DNA of 63,363 nt, filler included, from Octopus bimaculoides (Eukaryota), in assembly GCF_001194135.2 (NCBI RefSeq). It is 5 parts of 4 records of this genome, joined end to end, with 100 filler letters (N's around TTAATTAATTAA, not from the genome) between each part and the next. Parts side by side here need not be neighbours in the genome. Positions count along the whole stretch, not along the records: positions 29,778 to 40,380 come from NC_068985.1; positions 40,481 to 47,784 come from NC_068991.1; positions 47,885 to 52,290 come from NC_068985.1; 2 more parts are not named here. One strand, written 5' to 3'. The translations under genes and the position numbers were made by a program. The notes beneath the pieces are model-generated. The model was not told the DNA's origin. It worked only from the letters and a program-made list of their open reading frames with translations, and made no database searches. Shown piece by piece: positions 38,248 through 50,415 of the stretch (positions are counted from its first letter, which is position 1; each line of letters begins with the position of its first letter).

Positions 38248-39282
38248 TTAGGTTGTCAAGTATGAAAATTGTAGTAAGGTATATGGTAAACTTTGACAAC
38301 TGTTCATTTTGTGCCATTATCATATTTTGAAATTCTTTATTCTTTGTTAGAAAGCTGGCACATCTATTTCTTTATTCTAACTCATTTTGTGCTTTATAAA
38401 GTATTTATAAATCGTGTTTTGCTATTTTTGTTTAGAGATGGAGAAGTCGGAAATTCGTACAGTTTTGATACATGAGTTCTTTCTTGAAAATACAGCATCA
38501 CAAACAGCTCGAAATATTAATAGAGCATTTCATTCTAATGTTATTACACAGCAGACAGTATCAAATTGGTTTGCAAAATTTCGCTCTGAAAGCTTTGCCC
38601 TCACAAATAAGCCATACGGTCGACCAGAAACAAAGGCGGATCATGACGAACTGAAAGCCGCTGTCGAGTCAGATCCATCTCAAAGTGCCTGTGAATTATC
38701 GATGCTGTTTGGTGTTAGCAAGCACACAATATTGACACACCTAGTTCAAAACGGTAAAGTGAAAAAGGTGGATAAGTGGGTTCCACATGAACTCAATGAA
38801 AATCAGAAACAGCAACGTTTGAAAGCCTGATTTATGCTACTTTCTCGTTACACAATGGACCATTATTGAATCGAATTGTAATGTGTGATGAGAAATGGAT
38901 CCAATACAACAACCGTAAACATTTAGTACAATGGTTGGACAAAATGGAGCCATCAAAATACAGTCCAAAAAGAAAAATTCATCAAAAGAAGCTGATGATA
39001 TATGTTTGGTGGTCAGGTGGAAGTGCGATCCATTATGAGTTTATTAAACCTGGCTCATCACTCACGGCCAAAGTATAGTTTAGCCAACTGGAACAAATGA
39101 TGCAGAAACTTACAAAAACAAACAGTATAGATTAGTCAAAAGATCCAATGCTATTTTATTGCGAGACAACGCCAGACCACACATCACAAAAATAACATTG
39201 GTGAAAAGTACTGGAGTTGGAAGTTCTCCATCATCCACTATACTCACCTGATATTGCCCACACTGACTACCACTTCTGTTAT
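38248..39282 (+). mobile_element. Mariner (Hsmar1/cecropia-like, DD34D type) transposase pseudogene, 3' end lost in (ATT)n and gap
   Basis: TA|TTAGGTTG TIR start; ATG at 38438; WVPHEL, IVMCDEKW, DNARPH and HPLYSPDIAHTDYH motifs; internal stops. Confidence 0.92.
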
Positions 39283-39284
39283 CC

Positions 39285-39381
<97 letters not shown>

Positions 39382-39871
39382 NNNNNNNNNNNNNNNNNNN
39401 NNNNNNNNNNNNNNNNNNNNNNNNNNNNNNNNNNNNNNNNNNNNNNNNNNNNNNNNNNNNNNNNNNNNNNNNNNNNNNNNNNNNNNNNNNNNNNNNNNNN
39501 NNNNNNNNNNNNNNNNNNNNNNNNNNNNNNNNNNNNNNNNNNNNNNNNNNNNNNNNNNNNNNNNNNNNNNNNNNNNNNNNNNNNNNNNNNNNNNNNNNNN
39601 NNNNNNNNNNNNNNNNNNNNNNNNNNNNNNNNNNNNNTATATATATATATATCTATAGTAATCTCTCGACTATCACATGAGTTAAATTCCAAAATACAAG
39701 CGATAGCTGAAAATCCATGAAGTAGAAACAGTATTGTATATTTTTTTATTATTTCTATAATTAGTATATATTTCTTTCGGTATAAACGCAAAACGATACC
39801 ATAGAGGAGTCGACGTAAGCTTAAATAATAGCCCGCGATAGGTTAATTATTTCTTAAGCTATATAGGCACA

Positions 39872-40255
39872 CATAAGTGGCTGTAGGATAAGTAGCTTGT
39901 TTACTAACCATATGTTCCGGGCTCAGTCCCACTACGTGGCATTTTGGGTAAGTGACTTCTACTAGAGCCTCGGGGAGACCAAAGCCTTGTGTGTGTATCT
40001 GGTAGACGGAAACTGAAAGAATCCGTCGTATATATAGATATATATATAAGCATATGTATGTTTGTGTGTCTCTATTTGTCACCTACCATCGCTTGACAAC
40101 CGATGGTGGCGTCCCCGTAATTTATCGGTTCGGCAAGAGAAAACGATAGAATAAGTACTAGGCTTACAAAATTAAGTTCCATAGTCGATTTGCTCGACTA
40201 AAGGCGGTATTCTAGCATGGCCGCCGACAAATGACTGAAACAAATAAAAGAATTA
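39872..40255 (+). mobile_element. SINE B, full length
   Basis: Head, CORE-like segment, central TA/TG and tail all present. Confidence 0.9.
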
Positions 40256-40321
40256 AAAATATATATATATAAAAGACAAATATGCATTTATATACACATA
40301 CATATATATGTACATGTATAA

Positions 40322-40380
<59 letters not shown>

Positions 40381-40480
40381 NNNNNNNNNNNNNNNNNNNN
40401 NNNNNNNNNNNNNNNNNNNNNNNNTTAATTAATTAANNNNNNNNNNNNNNNNNNNNNNNNNNNNNNNNNNNNNNNNNNNN

Positions 40481-40514
<34 letters not shown>

Positions 40515-40573
40515 CTTTCTACTTCTTTCTCTCTCTGTCGCTCTCTCTGTCTCTCTCTCTGTGTCTCTCTCTG

Positions 40574-40658
<85 letters not shown>

Positions 40659-41004
40659 TTATGATTGTATGTGTGGGTGCGTATGTATATATAAGTATGT
40701 GTATATATGTATATATATTTGTGTGTGTGTGTGTGTCTGTGTGTGCGTGTGTGTACGCGCGTTTTTTCGTGCTTGTGCGTGTTAGGTATTCTGCTGTATT
40801 TGAATACATCTTGCTGTCAATGTTATTCTTATTACTGTTACTGTAATACTGAGCTTATTGCAGTTGTTACTCCTTACATATTTAGTTTTTTTACTTCTAT
40901 TGTTTTTGTTATTGCTTTTTCTAATTTTGATGTTGATGTTTTTTTTTTCTTTTTGTTGTGAATGTCGTTGAAAAAAAATAAATAAACAGATCTCAATGAT
41001 GTGG

Positions 41005-41130
41005 ACGATGATGACCACATCAACAACAACAACAACAACAACAACAACGATGACGACGGTGACGAGGACAACGATGACGATGACGAAGATGATGATGACG
41101 ATGATGACGGTGATGCCGATGATGCTGATG
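41005..41130. repeat. (AAC)n/(GAT)n compound trinucleotide repeat
   Basis: Direct reading. Confidence 0.9.
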
Positions 41131-41306
41131 TCATTATGGCGTGTACAGTCTGCATCAGATTGTTTTTTGATGCGCCGTTTCTTAGCCATAAGCTTGACCT
41201 TTCCAACACTGCCACCGTAAAACAAATTTCTACAGCCGCATATTTTTTATGCATTAACAGCTGTATACACATCTAGGGCACACATAAGCGGGATTTCAGA
41301 TGTGTG

Positions 41307-41355
<49 letters not shown>

Positions 41356-41995
41356 NNNNNNNNNNNNNNNNNNNNNNNNNNNNNNNNNNNNNNNNNNNNN
41401 NNNNNNNNNNNNNNNNNNNNNNNNNNNNNNNNNNNNNNNNNNNNNNNNNNNNNNNNNNNNNNNNNNNNNNNNNNNNNNNNNNNNNNNNNNNNNNNNNNNN
41501 NNNNNNNNNNNNNNNNNNNNNNNNNNNNNNNNNNNNNNNNNNNNNNNNNNNNNNNNNNNNNNNNNNNNNNNNNNNNNNNNNNNNNNNNNNNNNNNNNNNN
41601 NNNNNNNNNNNNNNNNNNNNNNNNNNNNNNNNNNNNNNNNNNNNNNNNNNNNNNNNNNNNNNNNNNNNNNNNNNNNNNNNNNNNNNNNNNNNNNNNNNNN
41701 NNNNNNNNNNNNNNNNNNNNNNNNNNNNNNNNNNNNNNNNNNNNNNNNNNNNNNNNNNNNNNNNNNNNNNNNNNNNNNNNNNNNNNNNNNNNNNNNNNNN
41801 NNNNNNNNNNNNNNNNNNNNNNNNNNNNNNNNNNNNNNNNNNNNNNNNNNNNNNNNNNNNNNNNNNNNNNNNNNNNNNNNNNNNNNNNNNNNNNNNNNNN
41901 NNNNNNNNNNNNNNNNNNNNNNNNNNNNNNTAAATTTATACTGCGTGTGAATATATATAAGTATATATACATTTATATATTTATGGTAACGCTAC

Positions 41996-42026
<31 letters not shown>

Positions 42027-42729
42027 ATCTTGTATACACACATACATTGCATACATACATACTTTTATATATATACATATGTGTGTGCCTGGGTATGTGT
42101 GCACGTGTGTGGATGTGTGTTTGCGCGCCTGCGTGTGTTGCAGATGCACTCAACGACACACATGCACATATTGAAGTACATATAGAAACGTACTGATAGA
42201 AATATCTATAAAGTGATATGGAAAATACATGTGTGCGTGTGTTTTTATCCTTATGTGCATATAAATGTGTATGTATGTGTCTTCGACTGCGTGTGTGTGT
42301 GTGGCACAGTAACCAACAATTCCATAATGAAAATTGAAGCATAATGAAACACACAAATATGAACATACTTATTTACATACATACATACATACATGCATGC
42401 ATACATACATACATACATACATACACACATACATACACACGCATCCACAAACTCTCACACATACTCATAATCCACACACGATCATTTCTTCATAAATATA
42501 ACGGCAAATTCATGCACACAAACAAACACACACAAACACACATTCGTAAGCTTTAACATAAAAACGAATTTACACTTTGAAGAATGCGCCCCCATCCTGA
42601 TAAAGCTTTATGTCATATTCCCGTGGGTGCGATTATTCTAGTCTGGGAAGGAATTCTTCTGTATGAATAATATTGCATGTCGGCATGGTTTGAGGTTGTA
42701 TCTATCTATGTATATATATGAGGCTTTAC

Positions 42730-42765
<36 letters not shown>

Positions 42766-43322
42766 ATACATACACACACATATATATATATANNNNNNNN
42801 NNNNNNNNNNNNNNNNNNNNNNNNNNNNNNNNNNNNNNNNNNNNNNNNNNNNNNNNNNNNNNNNNNNNNNNNNNNNNNNNNNNNNNNNNNNNNNNNNNNN
42901 NNNNNNNNNNNNNNNNNNNNNNNNNNNNNNNNNNNNNNNNNNNNNNNNNNNNNNNNNNNNNNNNNNNNNNNNNNNNNNNNNNNNNNNNNNNNNNNNNNNN
43001 NNNNNNNNNNNNNNNNNNNNNNNNNNNNNNNNNNNNNNNNNNNNNNNNNNNNNNNNNNNNNNNNNNNNNNNNNNNNNNNNNNNNNNNNNNNNNNNNNNNN
43101 NNNNNNNNNNNNNNNNNNNNNNNNNNNNNNNNNNNNNNNNNNNNNNNNNNNNNNNNNNNNNNNNNNNNNNNNNNNNNNNNNNNNNNNNNNNNNNNNNNNN
43201 NNNNNNNNNNNNNNNNNNNNNNNNNNNNNNNNNNNNNNNNNNNNNNNNNNNNNNNNNNNNNNNNNNNNNNNNNNNNNNNNNNNNNNNNNNNNNNNNNNNN
43301 NNNNNNNNNNNNNNNNNNNNNN

Positions 43323-43371
<49 letters not shown>

Positions 43372-43569
43372 ATATATATATATGTATCAAAAGGAACATT
43401 TCTGTATAGATGAGGTGTACTTTAGTGAAGGGGGGTTGTTCAATATATGTCCGCTTCTTTATTTATCCCATTTTTTTTTTATCCCTTACACCACGAGCCG
43501 ATTTTGGACTCTTCCAGATAAAGATAAGATCTTTTTTTACGGCAAGATTTTGCTCAGTTCACGTCTGAA

Positions 43570-43670
43570 AACTCCATGAATTCTGAAGAAATGGATGGGT
43601 GCAATATTACGAAGTTCTTGAGACGCAGCAGTCTTCCACTGAATTCTGCCGAGAGAACGATGTAGGGAGA
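43570..43670. repeat. Unclassified ~100-bp repeat, copy 1 (copy 2 at 44830-44930)
   Basis: aattctgaagaaatgg...aatattacgaagtt...gcagtcttcc.ctgaattctgcc.agagaacgatgtagg is present at both sites. Confidence 0.8.
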
Positions 43671-43972
43671 CAGAAAAAGAGAAAAAAAGTTGGAGAGGAA
43701 GAAGGAGCGAGAAAGAGAGAGAGAGAAAGAAAGAGAGACAAAATGAAGGAAAAATCAGTCCCAAGTTTTGGCTTTGCCATCGGTGGAATTCGATCTCAGT
43801 TGGCAGGTGTGAGAAGTTATATTGCAATGCCGTCTATTAGACGCTCTAACAAACTCTGACAAACACATTTTATTTACGAGTTGGGGAGGTTTGATATGTA
43901 AAAGATTTGCTTCTGTATGCCATGTACATACATACATAAACACACAAGTACACACACACACACATTCATATA

Positions 43973-44090
43973 TACTCTTTTACTTGTTTCAGTCATTTGA
44001 CTGCAGCCATGCTGGAGCACCGTCTTTGGTCGAGCAAATCGACCCTAGGACTTATTCTTTGTAAGCCTAGTACATATTCTATCGTTCTCT

Positions 44091-44092
<2 letters not shown>
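43973..44092 (-). mobile_element. SINE B tail
   Basis: cttgtttcagtcatttgactgcagccatgctggagcacc. Confidence 0.9.
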
Positions 44093-44148
<56 letters not shown>

Positions 44149-44149
44149 T

Positions 44150-44365
44150 GTATGTTTGTGTGTCTGTGTTTGCCTCTTCCCGCCCCAACATCGCTTGACA
44201 ACCAATCCTCGTGTGTTTACGTCCCCGTAATCTAGCGGATCGGCAAAAGAACCGATAGAATAACTACTAGGCTTACAAAGAGTAACTCCTGGGGTCTATT
44301 TGCTCGACTAAAGGCGGTGCACCAGCATGGCCGCAGTCAAATAACTGAAACAAGTAAAAGAATAG
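44150..44365 (+). mobile_element. SINE B 3' half
   Basis: catcgcttgacaacc...ggcggtgcaccagcatggccgcagtcaaataactgaaac. Confidence 0.9.
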
Positions 44366-44955
44366 AAGACTAAAAGAATATATATACATACACATAGGCC
44401 TCTTGCGTTCTGGAAAAATTATTTTTAAATAAAGAAACATGGACGGAATTTCAATAACAACAACCAATCTACTATATATTACAGCTTACATTTTGTATAT
44501 TGTGCGCCAGCTGACCCCTTCCTGTGCATATAAATATGTACGTAAGCATGTGGCTTGTGTACATGTATATAGGTAGATACGTAGCGACGTAGGTAGCAAA
44601 TTAGTTCAGTAGGTAGATAGGTAAGTAAATAGGCTGGGAGGTATGCATGAATTTAAGCACGTAAGCAATTGTCCCGCAGTAAAAGCAGCAGCAGCAGCAT
44701 TTGAAATCTTACGATTTTCCTCGGGTCATTTTTGATTTTGTATGAAATGTCTTAATTGTATTTATATATATATATATATGTATATATGGATGTGTTTTTG
44801 TGTGTATGTTTGTATGTATAAAAGTCTCTAAATTCTGAAGAAATGGTTGGGTGAAATATTACGAAGTTGTCCTTGAGATACGGCAGTCTTCCGCTGAATT
44901 CTGCCAAGAGAACGATGTAGGAAGAGAGAATATGTGTGTGTATGTATGCGTGTGT

Positions 44956-45003
<48 letters not shown>

Positions 45004-45004
45004 A

Positions 45005-45990
45005 GTAAATCTTCTGGAGCATTGGTGAATGCTACAATAATCCTTGCCTTCAGTTCATCTTCCATGTTATTAGGAGTTTTGCTGGTCTCTCGTTCAACTG
45101 CGCCCTGCACGTTAGAATTAAGGGGGTTGCAATCTGGGGAGTTATATGGCCAGGCGTTAGGAGTGATGTGGTCGCAGAAATTGACAGACAGCCACGAATG
45201 GGTTCTCCTGCTTCTGTAGCATGGTGCAGAATCCGGTTGCCAGACATAGGGTCTTTCAGCAGCACCCCCCTCTTGACCCAATGCAACACCACCTCATCCA
45301 GGCAGTTGATGCAGACCTCCATGTTGAATCTAATGCTGTGTGGGAAGATGAATGCAGGCATAACGTCGCCATCACTAGCGATCACTTCAAACAGCTTGAT
45401 GTTGACTGGCTGTTTGATTTTTATCACTCTCAGTGCATGTTTTGGGGAGACAACAATCCAATGGTTGTCTGTGTGTTGACCATCTGATTCTGGCAGAAAT
45501 TACACTCGTCCGAGAAGAACCAAATCATGTTCGGCTGGAGATGATGCTTGAATTTGTTCAAAAGCTTCGTAGCGCGGTCTTTCCTCTTGTCCTTGGTGGC
45601 TTGGAATAAAAATTGGCCTATTCTCATCTTGTATTATGAATACCAAATATCTTCAAGCAGTACCTGCCTCATAAAAGACTCAGATACACCCATGTCTCTG
45701 GCGATGGACCTGATTGATTTTGAGGGATCGTTGCCAATCATGGCCTGTGTCTCACCAACAAATTCAGGAGTTCTTTTCTTATCAGAACGATCAGAATCGA
45801 TTTTCCGAGCCGTACCTTCGTAATCACAACAAAACCGATCCAACTCTTTCTGAATCCTCTGCACTGTTATCAGATTGTCACCCAAACACTGTGAAATGTT
45901 TGTATTGGAACTTCCAACGCGTATGCCAATTAGCTCAGCATGACGTTTCCAAATTTCTGGCAGAGTGAATTGCATCATGGTTTTTGTCAC
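45005..45990 (-). mobile_element. DD37D (maT)-type Tc1/mariner transposase pseudogene
   Basis: NDPSKSIRSIARDMGVSE, IWFFSDE and RPYVWQPDSAP...WPYNSPDCNPLN. There are 37 residues between the second D and the third-D position, which is N here. Confidence 0.9.
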
Positions 45991-46027
45991 AGATTGTGCC
46001 CAACTAACACTAGTATACTGTGTAGTC

Positions 46028-46414
46028 AGGCATCGAGCTGGCAGAAACTTTAGTTCAAATTCCGCTGAGGTCCACGTTGCCTTTCATCCTTTCGGGGGTC
46101 GATGAATTAAGTACCAGTTACGCACTGGGGTCGATCATATCGACTTAATCCCTTTGTCTGTTCTTGTTTGTCCCTTCTACGTTTAGCCCTTTGTGTGAAC
46201 AAAGAAATAAGAATCTTTAGCACGCCAGGCGAAATGCTTAGCGGTATTTCGTCTGCCTTTACGTTCTGAGTTCAAATTCCACCGAGGTCGATTTTGCTTT
46301 CTATCCTGTCAGGGTCGATAAATTAAGTACGAGTTGCGTACTGGAGTCGATCTAAGCGATTGACCTTTCCCCCAAAGTTTCAAGCCTTGTGACTAGAGCA
46401 GAAAAGAAAAAAAA
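46028..46414 (+). mobile_element. SINE C containing a nested 5'-truncated SINE C (46054-46214)
   Basis: Outer element flanked by a 16-bp near-duplication agtatactg(tg/ct)tagtc; inner element flanked by ctttag. Confidence 0.85.
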
Positions 46415-46522
46415 AGTATACTGCTTAGTCGTCAAAAATCAGAAACAAACAATGAATATGCGCGAAATAAGAAATATAAAATGGCGATAATTTACCAATC
46501 GCACGCTGTGTATATACATACA

Positions 46523-46557
<35 letters not shown>

Positions 46558-48189
46558 NNNNNNNNNNNNNNNNNNNNNNNNNNNNNNNNNNNNNNNNNNN
46601 NNNNNNNNNNNNNNNNNNNNNNNNNNNNNNNNNNNNNNNNNNNNNNNNNNNNNNNNNNNNNNNNNNNNNNNNNNNNNNNNNNNNNNNNNNNNNNNNNNNN
46701 NNNNNNNNNNNNNNNNNNNNNNNNNNNNNNNNNNNNNNNNNNNNNNNNNNNNNNNNNNNNNNNNNNNNNNNNNNNNNNNNNNNNNNNNNNNNNNNNNNNN
46801 NNNNNNNNNNNNNNNNNNNNNNNNNNNNNNNNNNNNNNNNNNNNNNNNNNNNNNNNNNNNNNNNNNNNNNNNNNNNNNNNNNNNNNNNNNNNNNNNNNNN
46901 NNNNNNNNNNNNNNNNNNNNNNNNNNNNNNNNNNNNNNNNNNNNNNNNNNNNNNNNNNNNNNNNNNNNNNNNNNNNNNNNNNNNNNNNNNNNNNNNNNNN
47001 NNNNNNNNNNNNNNNNNNNNNNNNNNNNNNNNNNNNNNNNNNNNNNNNNNNNNNNNNNNNNNNNNNNNNNNNNNNNNNNNNNNNNNNNNNNNNNNNNNNN
47101 NNNNNNNNNNNNNNNNNNNNNNNNNNNNNNNNNNNNNNNNNNNNNNNNNNNNNNNNNNNNNNNNNNNNNNNNNNNNNNNNNNNNNNNNNNNNNNNNNNNN
47201 NNNNNNNNNNNNNNNNNNNNNNNNNNNNNNNNNNNNNNNNNNNNNNNNNNNNNNNNNNNNNNNNNNNNNNNNNNNNNNNNNNNNNNNNNNNNNNNNNNNN
47301 NNNNNNNNNNNNNNNNNNNNNNNNNNNNNNNNNNNNNNNNNNNNNNNNNNNNNNNNNNNNNNNNNNNNNNNNNNNNNNNNNNNNNNNNNNNNNNNNNNNN
47401 NNNNNNNNNNNNNNNNNNNCGCCACCGCTCCGCCACCGCTCCGCCAGTGTTAGCTTCATTCTGATATCCCTTAACATCTCCATACATCATCATCATCACC
47501 ACGACTGTCGCAATAGCCATCCATTTCGCCAGCGCCCGTCGGCAGCATCACCACCTTCTCCGCCGCCGCCGCCGCCGTCACACACCACAAACAGCAACAT
47601 CAACTTATCTTTGAAATCCCCCAGCTTCGCCATAACCGACATCACTATCAACACCTTCATCACTATCACCATAGCTACAATCATCACCACCACTACGGCC
47701 ATCACTATGACATCGCCACCACCACTACTACCGTTGCCAACCTTACACCACCATCACCACCACCACCACCACCACCACCACCACNNNNNNNNNNNNNNNN
47801 NNNNNNNNNNNNNNNNNNNNNNNNNNNNTTAATTAATTAANNNNNNNNNNNNNNNNNNNNNNNNNNNNNNNNNNNNNNNNNNNNTATATATATATAACAT
47901 ACACATGCACACATTTCACAATTAATTCGTAATTCTTCAAATAATTACTTGTGCGAACTAGTAATCAACTGTAGTGATTAATCAGAAATAAGACAATGTT
48001 GACTAAACAGAAACGTAACAGTAGTAATATTTTATCGTTGAAACATTGGTATGTAAGTTCTACTTTCGGCGCCGATAAAGCATTAAATTATATTGACATA
48101 TACCCTCTTATATTTTGGAATATATGCATAGTGTAATGGCAAAACACACACACACACACACATACACACACACAAATGCACACGCATAC

Positions 48190-48395
48190 ATACGGAGACA
48201 ATAGGGCGGCCGGGATTGTCTTGTTTAAGTATTATAGAGACGGAATAGATAGTGGTGACAATGAGGTTGGTGGCAGTGCGTGGCAATGAACCAGAAGAGA
48301 TCAGCTGACGTACAGTGGTCGAAACATTCCTCTGGTAACGGTTGGTAAGATCATTTGCTATCTTCATGTAGTATCTGGGGTTTTTGTACGTTCCC
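48190..48395 (-). mobile_element. Penelope-like RT N-terminal fragment
   Basis: LISSGSLPRTATNLIV...NPGRPIVSVC matches the PLE LP.TA.NLIV...PGRPIVSAC motif. Confidence 0.8.
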
Positions 48396-48404
48396 AAAGC
48401 CAGG

Positions 48405-48730
48405 AACGTACCAGTTGCGTACTGGGGTCGATATAATCGATTGGCCCTCTCCCCCCAAAATTTCGGGCCTTGTGCCTAGAGTAGAAAAGAATATTAGCAC
48501 AAGGTTACAATAAAACACTGGTCCTATTCTGCGGTAAATAATATTAACAAATCTCTTCGCCCTCGAAATTTCTGTCCCTGTGTCTCAGTCAACTTCCGGC
48601 TCTTTACGTTTTGAGTTCAAATCCGACCGAAGTCAGCTTTGCCTTTCGTACTTCTGGAATCGATAAAATAAAATATATATCGACTAACTTCCTTTCCTTA
48701 AAATTGCTAGCCGTGTGTCTCAATCAGAAA
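48405..48730 (+). mobile_element. Two SINE C fragments
   Basis: gtaccagttgcgtactggggtcgat...ccttgtgcctagagtagaaaag and gagttcaaatccgaccgaagtcagctttgcc. Confidence 0.7.
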
Positions 48731-49029
48731 TCATTATTTACAAAACTAGCCCCGCCCCTTAAGCACAAAGACTAAATTAATTTCTATTCAGTAGTTCTCA
48801 CTTTTTTTTGGCTGCGTGGTGCAGTGAATATATGAAATAAACAATTAATACCGGCAGACCAGAGGTTCGATTAAAAAATGTACTGATGCCCTGGGGAGTG
48901 AATTTCAAAAAATTACTAAAGATTTTATTTTAAAGTACAAAAAAAAAAAGAAATGGAAAAATCTGTCAAACAAATTATTGCTTTCCGTACATGAGTATAA
49001 CAAAATTCTAAATATTAAAAAAATCTTTT

Positions 49030-49259
49030 GCTTGATTTAGTCATTGAACTGCGGCCATGCTGGTGCACTGCTTTGAAGTGTTTTAGTGGAACAAATCGAC
49101 TACAGCATTTTTGTTTTGCTAAATCCGTTACATATCCTATCAGTCTTCTTTTTTCTTTTTTTTTTTTTTACCGAACTGCTAAGGTACGGGGTCGTAAACA
49201 AACCAACAGTGGTTGTCAAGCGGTGGTGGTAGTGAGACAAATAGGAGCAAAGATACACA

Positions 49260-49260
<1 letters not shown>
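49030..49260 (-). mobile_element. SINE B 3' half
   Basis: gtcattgaactgcggccatgctggtgc...ggttgtcaagcggtgg. Confidence 0.8.
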
Positions 49261-49307
<47 letters not shown>

Positions 49308-49409
49308 TATATAAGGTATCATTACCATTATTAATAATAATAATACTAATAATAAAGTAGCTAGCAAGTTCATACCTTTATAGGTAATAAATACAAGCAT
49401 AATTCAGTA

Positions 49410-49918
49410 GGGTATTAGAATACCACTTTTTATAAACAGAGCTATCACTCTAAACCACAAATTACTCACTATAGAAATACACACGGCGAATGCAACGAAT
49501 ATAACAGAAATAGGCTTACCTTGTATGAACTACAAAAATAAGGAATACGGATATTCCGGGATATTAATAATGGTAATGATAACCTTATTTAAATTTATAT
49601 TGTACTGGCTCATGTTATGTTCGTTTTTGAATGTCGCGGGGGGCATTCAAATGAAGGAACGCACACAGTGTAATGTGATGAATATTTCAGAAATAGCTGA
49701 TTTGCGGTGAGTCTGGCTGATGAGATTTAAGTATGTTTTTCATATAGAAAGCGAAAACAATTGATCTCGGAATATCCGTATTCCTTACTTCTGTACTTCA
49801 TACAAGGTAAGCCTATATCTGTTATTATATTCGTTGCATTCGCCTGTGTATTTTTATAGTGAGTAATTTGTACTTTAGAGTGATAGCTCTGTTTATAGTG
49901 AGTGGTATTCTAATAGCC
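49410..49918. mobile_element. MITE-like element with ~150-bp terminal inverted repeats and TA flanks
   Basis: 49410-49560 is the reverse complement of 49766-49918 (gggtattagaataccac...ggatattcc); TA at 49408-09 and 49919-20; no ORF. Confidence 0.8.
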
Positions 49919-50195
49919 TACGTGTATATATNNNNNNNNNNNNNNNNNNNNNNNNNNNNNNNNNNNNNNNNNNNNNNNNNNNNNNNNNNNNNNNNNNNNN
50001 NNNNNNNNNNNNNNNNNNNNNNNNNNNNNNNNNNNNNNNNNNNNNNNNNNNNNNNNNNNNNNNNNNNNNNNNNNNNNNNNNNNNNNNNNNNNNNNNNNNN
50101 NNNNNNNNNNNNNNNNNNNNNNNNNNNNNNNNNNNNNNNNNNNNNNNNNNNNNNNNNNNNNNNNNNNNNNNNNNNNNNNNNNNNNNNNNNNNNNN

Positions 50196-50250
<55 letters not shown>

Positions 50251-50269
50251 GTAAATGATGTGATTCTTC

Positions 50270-50415
50270 CACTCAGCTTCTGGCTATCAAATTCAGTCAA
50301 GGCATTGGTCGGCTTGGGGCTATAGTAGAGGATACTCGTTCAAAGAGCAGCGCTGTGGGAGAAAAACGCAAAGCCACGTGGTTGCAAACAGAGTACTTTT
50401 ACCAGACAGCCATGT
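50270..50415 (-). mobile_element. SINE B 5' half, diverged
   Basis: ggcattggtcggcttggggctatagtagagga...ccacgtggttgcaaac. Confidence 0.7.
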
